DNA from: an uncultured Chlamydiales bacterium
GTDB taxonomy: Bacteria > Chlamydiota > Chlamydiia > Chlamydiales > JAAKFR01
Direction: 5' to 3'
NCBI GenBank assembly: GCA_963699155.1
Contig: OY969414.1
Span: 192,001 to 256,000 of the forward strand
DNA: 64,000 bases
Numbering within the stretch: position 1 is the stretch's first letter; each line of letters begins with the position of its first letter. A program made the translations under genes and the position numbers. Of this stretch, positions 38,006-48,800 are shown one piece after another. The notes beneath the pieces were generated by a model. That model was not told the DNA's origin. It worked only from the letters and a program-made list of their open reading frames with translations, and did not search any database.

Positions 38006-40039
38006 ATGGCAACGCAAGAGAGCCTTAACTCCATTGCAGTTATTGGGATGTCAGGTGAATTTCCCCATTCATCCACGCTCTCCTCCTTCTGGGAGAATAT
38101 AAAAGCAGGCAGAGAGCTGATCTCATTTTTCACTGATGAAGAATGTTTGGCATCTGGAGTCCCTCTCTTCTCAGTCAAAGATTCCCGTTACATCAAAGCA
38201 AAAGGGTTTTTGGAGGATGCGGATTGCTTTGATGCAGACTTTTTCGGGTATAGTAGAAGGGAGGCAGAACTCCTCGATCCTCAACAACGACGATTGTTGG
38301 AATGGGCTTGGATTGCGCTTGAGAATGCTGGATATGATCCAGATCAATACGAGGGCTCGATTGGAGTATTTGCTTGCTCAAGCCTCAGCAGTTATTTCTA
38401 CTTTAATCTTTACCCCTATCTTTATGGGTCTTCCAGTCAACTTCAAGATGAGATGTTAATGGTGTTAGGCAATGAGAAGGATTTTGTCGCCACACGCATT
38501 TCCTACAAAATGAATTTGAAGGGCCCGAGCAAGTCAATACAAACCGCATGTTCATCATCGCTTGTAGCCGTGCATGATGCATGCCAAAGCCTTTTGAACT
38601 ATGAATGCGACATGGCAATAGCCGGGGGTGCGTCCATTACATTTCCACAGAAAGCGGGCTACACCTATTCTAAAGAAGGAATCATGTCTCCAGATGGTCA
38701 TTGCAGGGCTTTCGATCATTTAGCTGCTGGGACACTCGTGGGCAATGGTGGAGGAATAGTTGTCTTAAAAAGGCTTCAAGATGCCCTTGAAGATGGAGAT
38801 ACCATCATCGCTACGATTAAAGGTTCATATACCAATAATGATGGCGCAGAAAAAATTGGATATACTGCCCCAAGCATCAAAGGTCAATCTCATGCAATTA
38901 TAGGGGCACAATTAGCGGCTCAGGTTTCTCCCGAAACGATCACTTATGTCGAATGCCATGGTACCGCCACGCAGCTTGGGGATCCGATCGAAATCGTTGC
39001 GCTCACATCGGCCTTTCGAAAGAGCACTGAAAAAAAACAATTTTGCGCGATTGGCTCTGTGAAAACAAATATGGGTCATCTGGATGCTGCTGCAGGAGTA
39101 GCGGGTCTGATCAAAATTGTTTTGTCCCTACAGGCACGTCAGATCCCACCCAGCTTGCACTTCACACAACCCAATCCTAAGATCGATTTTGCCAACAGCC
39201 CTTTCTATGTGAATAGAGAGTTGACACCCTGGAACTCGCAGAATGCTCCCTTGAGGGCAGGGGTTAGTTCCTTTGGTATGGGAGGAACGAATGCACATGT
39301 GATTTTAGAGGAAGCCCCACTGCAACGGCCACAGCCCTCCACCTATTCTTCTTTTCTTTTGCCATTCTCGGCAAAAGATAAAAGGAGCTTGCAACATCTT
39401 CTGAGGCAATTTCTTAAGAAATTGCCAACGTTGATTTACCCGTTGGCTGATATTGCCTTTACGCTTCAGATAGGACGTAAAAGGTTCGACGAGAGAGCGG
39501 TATTTATCTGCTCTACAAAGGAAGAAGCAGCTGCACAGATCAACCTCTTTCTGGAACAAGTTATCCCCCCTCCGCTTCCCATGAAGAGTCCCTGGTATGA
39601 GGCTGCAGAAACCTGGTTAAACGGTGGGGCTATCTCTTGGAAAAACTACTACAAACAAGAAAAAAGAAGGAGAGTACCCCTTCCCACCTATCCCTTTGCT
39701 AAAACCCATTATTTTATTTCGCCCAAGCCTATAGGAGCTCTACCACAACAGAATCATGTTACTCAATCAAACATAAGCTCTTCTCAAGACATTGAAAAGC
39801 GCATGATCGAGATCTGGGAAAAAGCTCTCAAATCCTATGGAATTACTCCACAGGCTAATTTTTTTGATCTGGGTGGAGATTCCTTACTAGCTCTTGAAAT
39901 TACAGATCAAATCCGTCAGATTTTTCTTGTTGAAGTAGGCTTGAGAGATCTTTTTGACAATCCCACAGTGGATCACCTCTCATTGTTGATCAAGGAATTG
40001 ATGGATCGTGCGCTCCTCCAGCCTCTTCATTCTGCTTAA
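38006..40039 (+). CDS. Stand-alone type I PKS module KS-ACP with no AT
   Basis: DPQQR, QTACSSS (Cys), HGTAT, KTNMGHL, SSFGMGGTNAH, LPTYPF linker, GGDSL carrier; no GHSxG. Confidence 0.92.
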   Translation: MATQESLNSIAVIGMSGEFPHSSTLSSFWENIKAGRELISFFTDEECLASGVPLFSVKDSRYIKAKGFLEDADCFDADFFGYSRREAELLDPQQRRLLEWAWIALENAGYDPDQYEGSIGVFACSSLSSYFYFNLYPYLYGSSSQLQDEMLMVLGNEKDFVATRISYKMNLKGPSKSIQTACSSSLVAVHDACQSLLNYECDMAIAGGASITFPQKAGYTYSKEGIMSPDGHCRAFDHLAAGTLVGNGGGIVVLKRLQDALEDGDTIIATIKGSYTNNDGAEKIGYTAPSIKGQSHAIIGAQLAAQVSPETITYVECHGTATQLGDPIEIVALTSAFRKSTEKKQFCAIGSVKTNMGHLDAAAGVAGLIKIVLSLQARQIPPSLHFTQPNPKIDFANSPFYVNRELTPWNSQNAPLRAGVSSFGMGGTNAHVILEEAPLQRPQPSTYSSFLLPFSAKDKRSLQHLLRQFLKKLPTLIYPLADIAFTLQIGRKRFDERAVFICSTKEEAAAQINLFLEQVIPPPLPMKSPWYEAAETWLNGGAISWKNYYKQEKRRRVPLPTYPFAKTHYFISPKPIGALPQQNHVTQSNISSSQDIEKRMIEIWEKALKSYGITPQANFFDLGGDSLLALEITDQIRQIFLVEVGLRDLFDNPTVDHLSLLIKELMDRALLQPLHSA

Positions 40040-41426
40040 TCTTCTTTTATTTCTGCCCCCCCTCTCCTCTCATGAGATTTCTCAGAAAATCTCTCGGCTG
40101 ATGAAAAAATACCAGATCCCTGGGGTTGCTTATGCTGAAATCAGAAATCGTAAATTATATTCAATCCACTGTTATGGCTTTAGCGATGTCCAAAAAGGTC
40201 TTCCTGTCACAGAATCCTCGATTTTCCAGGTGGGTTCTCTTTCAAAGATGCTGACCGCCTGTGGCATCATGCTCCTCATAGAACAGGGCAAACTCGATTT
40301 GGATGCTCCCATTGAGAACTATCTCCAACGCTGGCATTTACCTCCCTCAGCTTTTGATCACGAAGAAGTGACCCTAAAACGGATTTTGAATCACACGGCA
40401 GGACTTTCGGTTCCTAGTTATTACGGCTATTCTTCCTTTGACCACCTACCCGATCTGATCACTTCATTAAATGGAATTAAAGGATCCCACCCCAGACTTC
40501 AACTCAAAACCCTTCCAGGAGAAGAATTCCATTACTCTGGCGGTGGATATTCCCTTCTACAACTAGCCGTAGAAGATGTGACAAGATCTTCTTTCGATGT
40601 TTTCATGAAGCAACAGCTTCTATTACCTTTAGGGATGGTCAATAGTGCTTTCAGCTTACCGCAACATCATTCAGTGCAGTTATGTCAATCCTATGGTTTG
40701 TTTGGTCAAGAGCTCTCTCCGCTCTATTTTACCGAAGCTGCAGCAGCCGGTCTCTACTCCACGATTTCTGATCTTGCCCAATTCGCTGCTTATTTTCTTT
40801 CTCTCTACATTTCTCAAACTCCAGCTATTCTGTCTCCCTCGAGCCTTAAAAGGATGATAGAAGCTCAGGAAACAGCGTATGCCCTAGGATGCGATATTGA
40901 ATTTTTCGAAACTTCTCCTGCTTCGCGCATGGTCTATCATACTGGAGCCAATCCAGGATGGAGAGCCGGTATCTACTTACTACCCGATCTAGGCGATGGT
41001 GTCGTGATTCTCACGAATAGCGACCAAGGCCTTACACTGATTGAAGAAATCGCGGGAGAGTGGATCTTCTCACATGTAGGATTTCCCCCGCAATTTTACA
41101 AGAATCTTCAGAACAGTCGTCTTTTCCTATTTCTTACTCTTCTTCTTCTTGGTCTCTCGTGGTTACTTTATCTGATCCTTCCCACGTTTACCGCTCGCAT
41201 CAGAAAGGGACTTTGGATTTTCATCGCGCTTTTCGGCTTACTTTGGTGGGGAATCTTTTATACACCCTGGATCTACTACTACCCTTCGGGAGGAGGAAAA
41301 TGGCTCCTTGCCACTTTGATGCCTCCTGAATTTAAATTCTTAACATTTACAGTATCCGCATGCTCTCTCAGTAGTATTTTTGCACTGTTGATTTCAAAAA
41401 CAAAAACAAGGATGGTATTACCATGA
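40008..41426 (+). CDS. Membrane-anchored serine peptidase (S12/beta-lactamase fold), ClbP/XcnG/ZmaM-like
   Basis: Signal peptide; SLSK, LNHTAG, YSG, HTGANPG; three C-terminal TM helices. Confidence 0.8.
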   Translation: MRSSSLFILLNLLLFLPPLSSHEISQKISRLMKKYQIPGVAYAEIRNRKLYSIHCYGFSDVQKGLPVTESSIFQVGSLSKMLTACGIMLLIEQGKLDLDAPIENYLQRWHLPPSAFDHEEVTLKRILNHTAGLSVPSYYGYSSFDHLPDLITSLNGIKGSHPRLQLKTLPGEEFHYSGGGYSLLQLAVEDVTRSSFDVFMKQQLLLPLGMVNSAFSLPQHHSVQLCQSYGLFGQELSPLYFTEAAAAGLYSTISDLAQFAAYFLSLYISQTPAILSPSSLKRMIEAQETAYALGCDIEFFETSPASRMVYHTGANPGWRAGIYLLPDLGDGVVILTNSDQGLTLIEEIAGEWIFSHVGFPPQFYKNLQNSRLFLFLTLLLLGLSWLLYLILPTFTARIRKGLWIFIALFGLLWWGIFYTPWIYYYPSGGGKWLLATLMPPEFKFLTFTVSACSLSSIFALLISKTKTRMVLP

Positions 41427-42853
41427 GTCGAGCCGTTGTAACACCAAGAGTTGAAAGTTCCGAATCCTTTCGTATTCTATATCAACTTATGCAGCATAAA
41501 CCTTCGAATACACAAAATAAAAGGGCCCGTGAGATTGCGGATGCTGCGATCAAGGTTCTTATCTGCACCATCGCTTACAGCGCAACCTTCACAACCATGG
41601 AGATGGCGCGAAAAAACTTTGATGATCAATTCCGACAGGATCTCGTAGCCTATGGAGAGGCCTTTACGACAGGCACGATGGTCGCCTGGTCTTCATTAAG
41701 TGTCTACAAAGATTTAATAAAAACAGCACCCATTACTATTCCACGAAGCAATGATCAATGCTCTCGTACTGCTCATTGGACCAATGTCTTTTCTCTGGGT
41801 TTACTCTCTGCTTTACCTTCAATGTATGTGGGCTATTATTACCAAGATACTCTCTTTCTTGCCTTCTATCCTCCAATCATCTTTTCTACTTTTTCCATGC
41901 TCTCGATCCATGAGCTTTTTAAAAAGATATTTAAAGACAAATCCCTTTCAGAAATGATTTCAGGTCAGTCTCAAACAGTTTCAAATCAGGCTGCATTAGC
42001 TATTGCCAAACACAATTTTTGTAAAATTCTTCGCAGAAGTTTTCGAGAGATATCTAAGGAGGATGCAATAGCATTATACAACTCCCTTAATGAGACACAA
42101 ACCGGTACAGAACTAGCTAAAGGAAAAACTGCTATAAGGAAGCTTTTTCAACAAGGCGTCGCCACTCTCACCCCAATCACAGCCCAAAGCCAACAGCTTT
42201 CATATGGCAAGCAGCTTGTCAAAACCATTGCAACATCTGCTGCCTTGATTGCTCCTGTCATGGATACCTACTTACTCTACAAAGGGTTCAGAATTATTTC
42301 TGACAAGTGGCTTCCCTTGCCATTTCTTACCCTATTATCAATAGGTCCTGAGATCTACCTTCAAACAAAACTCAACCAAAAATCTTGGACCCGAACCTAT
42401 GAAAATTTATTTACCCTAAAAGCAGCTGATTTGCAGTGTCCGAAAACTATAGGAAGTTTCATCGGCAAATCGGTAAAATGGGTGATGATCAGCAGCATCA
42501 CCTTGCTCGGACTCGCTGCAGATGTCACCCTTGTTCGTGATCATATAGGCTTGGACGCAGTTTTACCTGCGACTTTTTCCTTACTCTATTTGAGTGTGAT
42601 GGGCACTTTAGTTTTTAATTCTCTTGTCGAACTTGCAAACGATCTGGAAGAGTATTTCGAAAATAGGAAACGTTCCGCACAGCAGATCGAAGCCGATGAA
42701 TTTTGTGAGCGTCTTGAATTTGTTGAGGAATATATTCGTGAAATGCCTTTACGAATTTTTTCAATATTTTTGGACTCCCTTTCTCTAGCTCCGGCTCAAT
42801 TGCAGCAACTAGACCCTAAACAGTTCGAAGGAAGTTCTAAAAAACAAGATTAG
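41423..42853 (+). CDS. Uncharacterised multi-pass membrane protein, paralogue A
   Basis: ATGA overlap with the peptidase stop; about 8 hydrophobic segments; shares RKNFDD..VAY, HW..LGL.S.LP, P.MD, DVT..RD with 52332-53864. Confidence 0.7.
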   Translation: MSRAVVTPRVESSESFRILYQLMQHKPSNTQNKRAREIADAAIKVLICTIAYSATFTTMEMARKNFDDQFRQDLVAYGEAFTTGTMVAWSSLSVYKDLIKTAPITIPRSNDQCSRTAHWTNVFSLGLLSALPSMYVGYYYQDTLFLAFYPPIIFSTFSMLSIHELFKKIFKDKSLSEMISGQSQTVSNQAALAIAKHNFCKILRRSFREISKEDAIALYNSLNETQTGTELAKGKTAIRKLFQQGVATLTPITAQSQQLSYGKQLVKTIATSAALIAPVMDTYLLYKGFRIISDKWLPLPFLTLLSIGPEIYLQTKLNQKSWTRTYENLFTLKAADLQCPKTIGSFIGKSVKWVMISSITLLGLAADVTLVRDHIGLDAVLPATFSLLYLSVMGTLVFNSLVELANDLEEYFENRKRSAQQIEADEFCERLEFVEEYIREMPLRIFSIFLDSLSLAPAQLQQLDPKQFEGSSKKQD

Positions 42854-42856
42854 GGC

Positions 42857-45800
42857 ATGAACGATTCTAATCTTTTTATCGATGATATTCTTAGGAAAAG
42901 AGCCCTTAAGACTCCTCAAGAAACTGCATACCGTTTTTTATTGGATGGTGAATCCCTTGAGGTTTCAATCTCATATCACGATTTGGATAAAAAAGCTCAA
43001 ACCGTCGCTAGTGCTCTAAAACACAAATTAACAAAGGGGCCCCAAACTGCACTAGCCCTGCTTCTCTTCCCTTCTGGCCTAGAGTTTATCTCTGCCTTTT
43101 TTGGATCTCTCTATGCAGGGGTGATTGCAGTCCCCCTGTCGATCCCCAAAGCTAATCGAACATCGGATCGCCTTTCCTCAATTTTTAAAGAGAGCTCATT
43201 TTCCTTGATCCTCTCTGATCAAGCAACCTACAAAGAGCTAAGGCGCCACCCATTTTTTTCCTCTTTACCAGATGACATTTGGGTGCTGACAGACCAACTA
43301 GAGGGCAATTTCTCATTCGAAAAACGAGATCGACAACCCATTGCTTTTTTGCAATATACTTCAGGTTCCACAACCCTTCCTAAAGGGGTTATCATTACTC
43401 ATGACAATATCATTGCTAATCAAAAAATGATCCAGGAAGCCTTTGGACATGATGCTTCGACGGTTTTTGTAGGCTGGCTTCCTCTTTTTCACGATATGGG
43501 GCTGGTCGGTAATATTTTACAGCCGATGTATCTTGGGATCCCTTCAACCCTCATCTCTCCCGTTGCTTTTCTACAAAAGCCGATCCGATGGTTGAGGGCC
43601 ATTTCAAAATATCGGGCAACTACGAGTGGCGCCCCCAATTTTGCCTATGATCTCTGTGTCCAAAAGATCAAGGACCATGAGATCCATGATTTAGATCTGA
43701 GCTGTTGGAAAGTTGCCTTTAATGGAGCAGAACCCATCCATCTCAAAACTTTAGAACGGTTTGTATCACACTTTGGCTCTTGTGGCTTTCGTAAAAATGC
43801 ATTTTATCCTTGCTATGGAATGGCTGAAGCAACTGTCTTTATTTCAGGAAATGCCCCAAAACAAAGCTGGGAGTCAATTCAAGTCGATCGTCAGGCTTTA
43901 GAGCAACAACATCGAGCTCTTCCTTCAACCTCCTCTCAATCTCTCTTTTTTGTGAGCGTGGGGAAGAGCTGGCAAAACGAGAAGATCAGCATCGTCCATC
44001 CCGAAAAATGGGTGCCATGTTCTCCATTTGAGGTGGGAGAAATATGGGTACAAGGACCTCATGTGGGTATCGGTTATTGGAATCAACCAGAAGCCACCAC
44101 AAAAGCTTTCCATAATCGGCTTGCCAGTGACGAAGGGTTCTTTCTGCGCACAGGTGATCTCGGCTTTCTAGACCAGTCGGGCACTCTCTTTATCACAGGA
44201 CGGTTGAAAGACCTGATGATCATCAGAGGTAGAAACATCTACCCCCAGGATGTAGAGTTCTTAGTTGAAAAAAGTGATCCAGCCTTACGTCCGCATGGTT
44301 CTGCTGCATTTTCGATCACCCAAGATGAGCAGGAGTGTTTGATCATTGTTTCAGAAATTGAAAGGGAGCACATACGCTACTTTGAGCCCGAAATTGTAAG
44401 AGGGAATATCCGTCAGACACTTAGCCAGGAACTCCAGATCATTCCCACTTCGCTTGTTTTTATTAAGCCTGGCACGCTCCCCAGAACTTCTAGTGGAAAG
44501 GTGCAGCGCACCCTATGTAAGAAGCTCTTCTTAGAAAATAAACTTGAAACCCTAGCTCAGGTAAAGGGAGGGTTTTCTACTCAAAATCCTTCAGTCCCTA
44601 TAGTCGCTGAGCTGAAAGAGCGCGTTGCGACCACTCTTCATCTTCTGCCCCAACAGATAGAGCCCCATACAATCCTCTCCTCATATGGATTAGATTCTTT
44701 AGGCGCCATCGAGATACAAGCCTTTCTTCAAGAACGTTGGTCTTTCCCCTTGGGATTTGAAGAATTGCTCGGAGAGATTACCCTCGAACAATTGACCAGC
44801 CGGATTCTTGCCTACACTCCCTCTGCAGCGACCCTTTCCTCTTCAAGAGCAACCCTCTCTTCTCTTTCCTATCAACAGCAAGGGATTTGGGTCGATATGA
44901 AGCTATTTCAAAATCCTCCCGTTTACCATCTTGCAAAAGTCGTTGAAATCACCTCACCTGTAAATGCCTTCAGGCTCAAAGAGTCCCTTGCCGAGCTTGC
45001 ACAACGCCATGAGCTCCTGCGGGCTCAATTTTCTAGTCAAGAGAGCTCCTTTAAGATCCTCCCTCAAATTTCTCTGCCGTTTTTTGAAATAGCTATTCCT
45101 GAAAAAGATCTTACTGAGTTTTTTCAAAGAACCTTGCTGCAGCCTTTTCAAATGGATGACGAGGTTCTTTTTGCTGCCTGGTTAATAAAAACTGAAACTG
45201 ATCGCCACCTTTTATTTCTCAAAGCTCACCATTTGATAGCTGATTTATGGTCTTTAGGCATCTTCCTCGAAGAGTTGATTGCACTTTATGACCAGTTACA
45301 GCTTCCTCCCATACAATTCTCCTATAGAGATTATATCAACTTTCAGAGAGAAAGTTTACTAAACGCGCATCATCAGCAATCGATAGAGTTTTGGAAACTG
45401 CACTATGCGCCCTCAACCCTACTCACAACTGATTTCCCGAAACAAGCTGTGCCTACCTTTGAAGGGGGACATCTCTATTTTAACCTCCCCAATCAACTGT
45501 CCCATGCACTTAAATCTTTTTCACATCTCCACAACACCACACCTTTTGTGGTCTTATTGTCAGCTTATTTTGTCTTGCTTTGGGAAAGAGCTGGTGGAAA
45601 ACATTGGTGTGTCGGCACTACAAGTAGTTATCGGCCCGATCACCGTTTACACTCCTGTTTTGGCCTATTTGCGAACCTTCTTCCCATTTGCAGCTCACTT
45701 TCCCCCTATCTTTCCTTTGAACAACATGTTCACAAAGTCAAAAAAGTCATTCTAGATTCTTTTCACTATCAAGTGCCTTTTTATCAACTAATTGAGCAAC

Positions 45801-48800
45801 TGCCTCAAGTACGAGAAAAAGGTTCCTCCCAGTTATTTCAAACAATGTTTGTCTATCAGAGTGTCCCTACCCTTTCTGACGAATTTCAAGACTTGATCAT
45901 TCCTACATCATCTTCCACCCCCTCCTTTCAAAAAGGAAGTCTCTGTTTCCAGCCTCAGTCCTGGCTGCCTCCAACCTCTGCCTTTGATCTTTCCCTGTTT
46001 ATGAATGAAAGCAGGGGACAATTTCATGGATATTTCGAATACTCCTCAGAACTCTTCTCCGCTTCAACTCTCCATTCTATGAAGGATCAATTTTTAGATA
46101 TTTTAGAAAGGTCTCTTCAACACCCCCAAGCCCATCTGTCAGCTCTTTCTAAGTTTCCTACTCCCCCTATCTTTAGCGAATTTCATCTATCCCTGATCGA
46201 TCTATTTGAAGCTCAAGCTCGTCGTTCACCTGACAAATTGGCCTTGGTAGAACAAGAAAAGGTTTTGACCTATTCTGGCCTGGATGTTCTCTCAAACCAA
46301 TTCGCAAAGGTATTAATCAAAAGAGGGGCGACTCCGGATAGTGTCATCGGCGTGAAAATGGAGCATGCCATTGAAGTTGTCATCACGATTTTGGCCATTC
46401 TGAAGGTGGGTGCGGCATTTTTGCCGATTCATCCTAAAACTCCTGACAATCGCCTTAAATCGATTGTAAACGATAGCCACTGCTCTCACATTGTTATCTC
46501 ACCTAATGCCCTTCCTTTGCCATTTCCCTGCATCCCCTGTGCTGACTGGGAAAATGAGAGTAAGGCACCATTTAGATCCCTAGCAGAGTATGACTCCATT
46601 GCCTATTTGATCTACACTTCTGGGTCCACAGGGCAGCCTAAAGGGGTCTGCGTTTCCCATCAATCTTTAGTCAATTATCTCTTTGCTATACGCGAAGTTT
46701 ATACACTCAAAGGCTCTTTACATTTTCCCCTCTACTCGCCCCTCTCTTTTGATCTGACCCTAACTTCTCTCTTCTTTCCTCTGCTTTTTGGCCATACGAT
46801 ACATATTTATGAAGAGCAAGAAGAGATCGGCTCTACTCTCTTCAAAATTTTCAACCATCCTCTCATCACTCATGTCAAGCTCACTCCCTCCCACTTAAAG
46901 CTTCTCGAACACTTCGAAATCTCTTGCCCACACCTTTCACAATTGATTGTGGGTGGTGAGCAGCTCCCCGCTTCTTTAGTCTTGAAAACGTGTGATCTCT
47001 TTAAACACCCTCTTACTGTTATCAATGAGTATGGACCTACAGAGACAACTATTGGATGCATCTCCTATATTTTCACCTCCCCAACCAGCACCACTCAACT
47101 GCCTATCCTGCCGATCGGTACACCTTTGACTAATACTTGGACCTATCTCTTCAATGATTACTTGCAATTTCTTCCCCTCAATACAATTGGAGAGCTCTAT
47201 TTAGGCGGCATCGATGTCTCTTATGGCTATTGGAATCAACCAGATCTCACAGCCGAAAAATTTATTCCTGACGTTCTTGTTGCAGGCAAAAGAGTCTACA
47301 AAAGCGCCGATCTTGCCTTACAACTCGACCCCTCAACCTACATATGTCTGGGCCGGAATGATAGGCAGGTAAAAGTTCGAGGATTTCGTATCGAACTGCA
47401 AGAGATCGAGGAATGCCTGCTTCAACATCCTGACATCCGGGAGACTGTGGTTCTGCTCCATACTAAAGAAGAGCACTCTTTCATCTGCGCCTATTTTACC
47501 CAAAAAAATCAAGGGATAGAGATCGACTTAGTCGATTTACGCCATTTTATGAGCCACCATCTCCCTCATTATATGGCTCCTTCCGTACTGATCCCTTGTC
47601 TCCATATCCCTATTAATACCAATGGAAAGGTTGATACAAAAACCCTTCCTGATCCGGAACAATGGCTTCTACCTGAGGATGGAATTATCCTAACAAGCTT
47701 ACAGAAGCAACTGAGGCAAATATGGGGCCGCGTTCTTGTTTTACAACCTGATAAGATCAGCCTCTCTCGCTCCTTTTTTGAGCTTGGTGGGGATTCAATC
47801 AAAGCGATTCAGTTAGTCTCTCTCTGTAGAGCCGAAAATCTATTGATTACCACTTCTGATCTCTTCCAAAACCCCACACTCGTTCAGTTGGCTTACCTTC
47901 TCGAAACCCAAAATTCTCAAAATCGCTTGATCTCTTCTGAAGAAGAAAATGAGGAACCATGCCCCCTCACGCCTATCCAACGCTGGTTTTTTACCTATTT
48001 TCCTTCCCCTACACATCACTTTAATCAATCTCTTCTTCTCAAAAGAAGTGGCGGTTTCAACCCTGAGTTTATCTCGCGCTCTTTTCGTGCCATTTGTGAG
48101 CAACATGATACTTTACGCATGTTTTTCCCCAACAATAACTCCTCTTTCGTTCGACCCAGTGTGGAGCTCTCTTTTCGATTGTTAACTTTTGATCTGACAC
48201 TGGCCCCTCAGTGGGAAAGTGAGATGCAAAGAGAAATGGGTTCTTTACAGACTCAACTGGATTTCACACATGGTCCTCTGCTAATTCTGGGCCTGTTTGA
48301 TACTCCCCACGAAAGCTACCTTTTCATCACGATTCACCATCTTCTAATCGATGGAGTGTCATGGAAAATCCTCTTAGAAGATTTTGACCGCTCCTACCGA
48401 CAGCAAGTCGACGGATTACCAATCAAACTAGCAGCTCAAACGACTTCATACGCATCGTGGGCTAGAAAGAGTATTCAAAATCAATCTCCCCTGCTACCGG
48501 CTAAAAGTTTTCCGGTAGCGCATCAAATTCGTACACAAGTTACTTTAACCAATCAGGAAACAGCCAAGTTGTTGCAAAAAAAGATCCCTGGGATCTTATT
48601 GACGGCTCTCTACTCAGCCTTTGCTAAGTTGGGTCATTTTTCTCTACAACTCCATCTTGAAGGGCATGGACGTGAACATGAAAGAAATGGTCCCGATCTC
48701 TCAAGAACCATTGGTTGGTTTACCACGCTCAATCCTGTTGAACTAAAAGTAGAATCACCTCTCTCTCTTCCCCATCTAATCAGAAGCGTCAAAGAGTGTT

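Noticed and set aside
40008..41426. Class C beta-lactamase resistance gene
   Set aside because: C-terminal TM helices and its position in the NRPS operon fit a pathway peptidase better.
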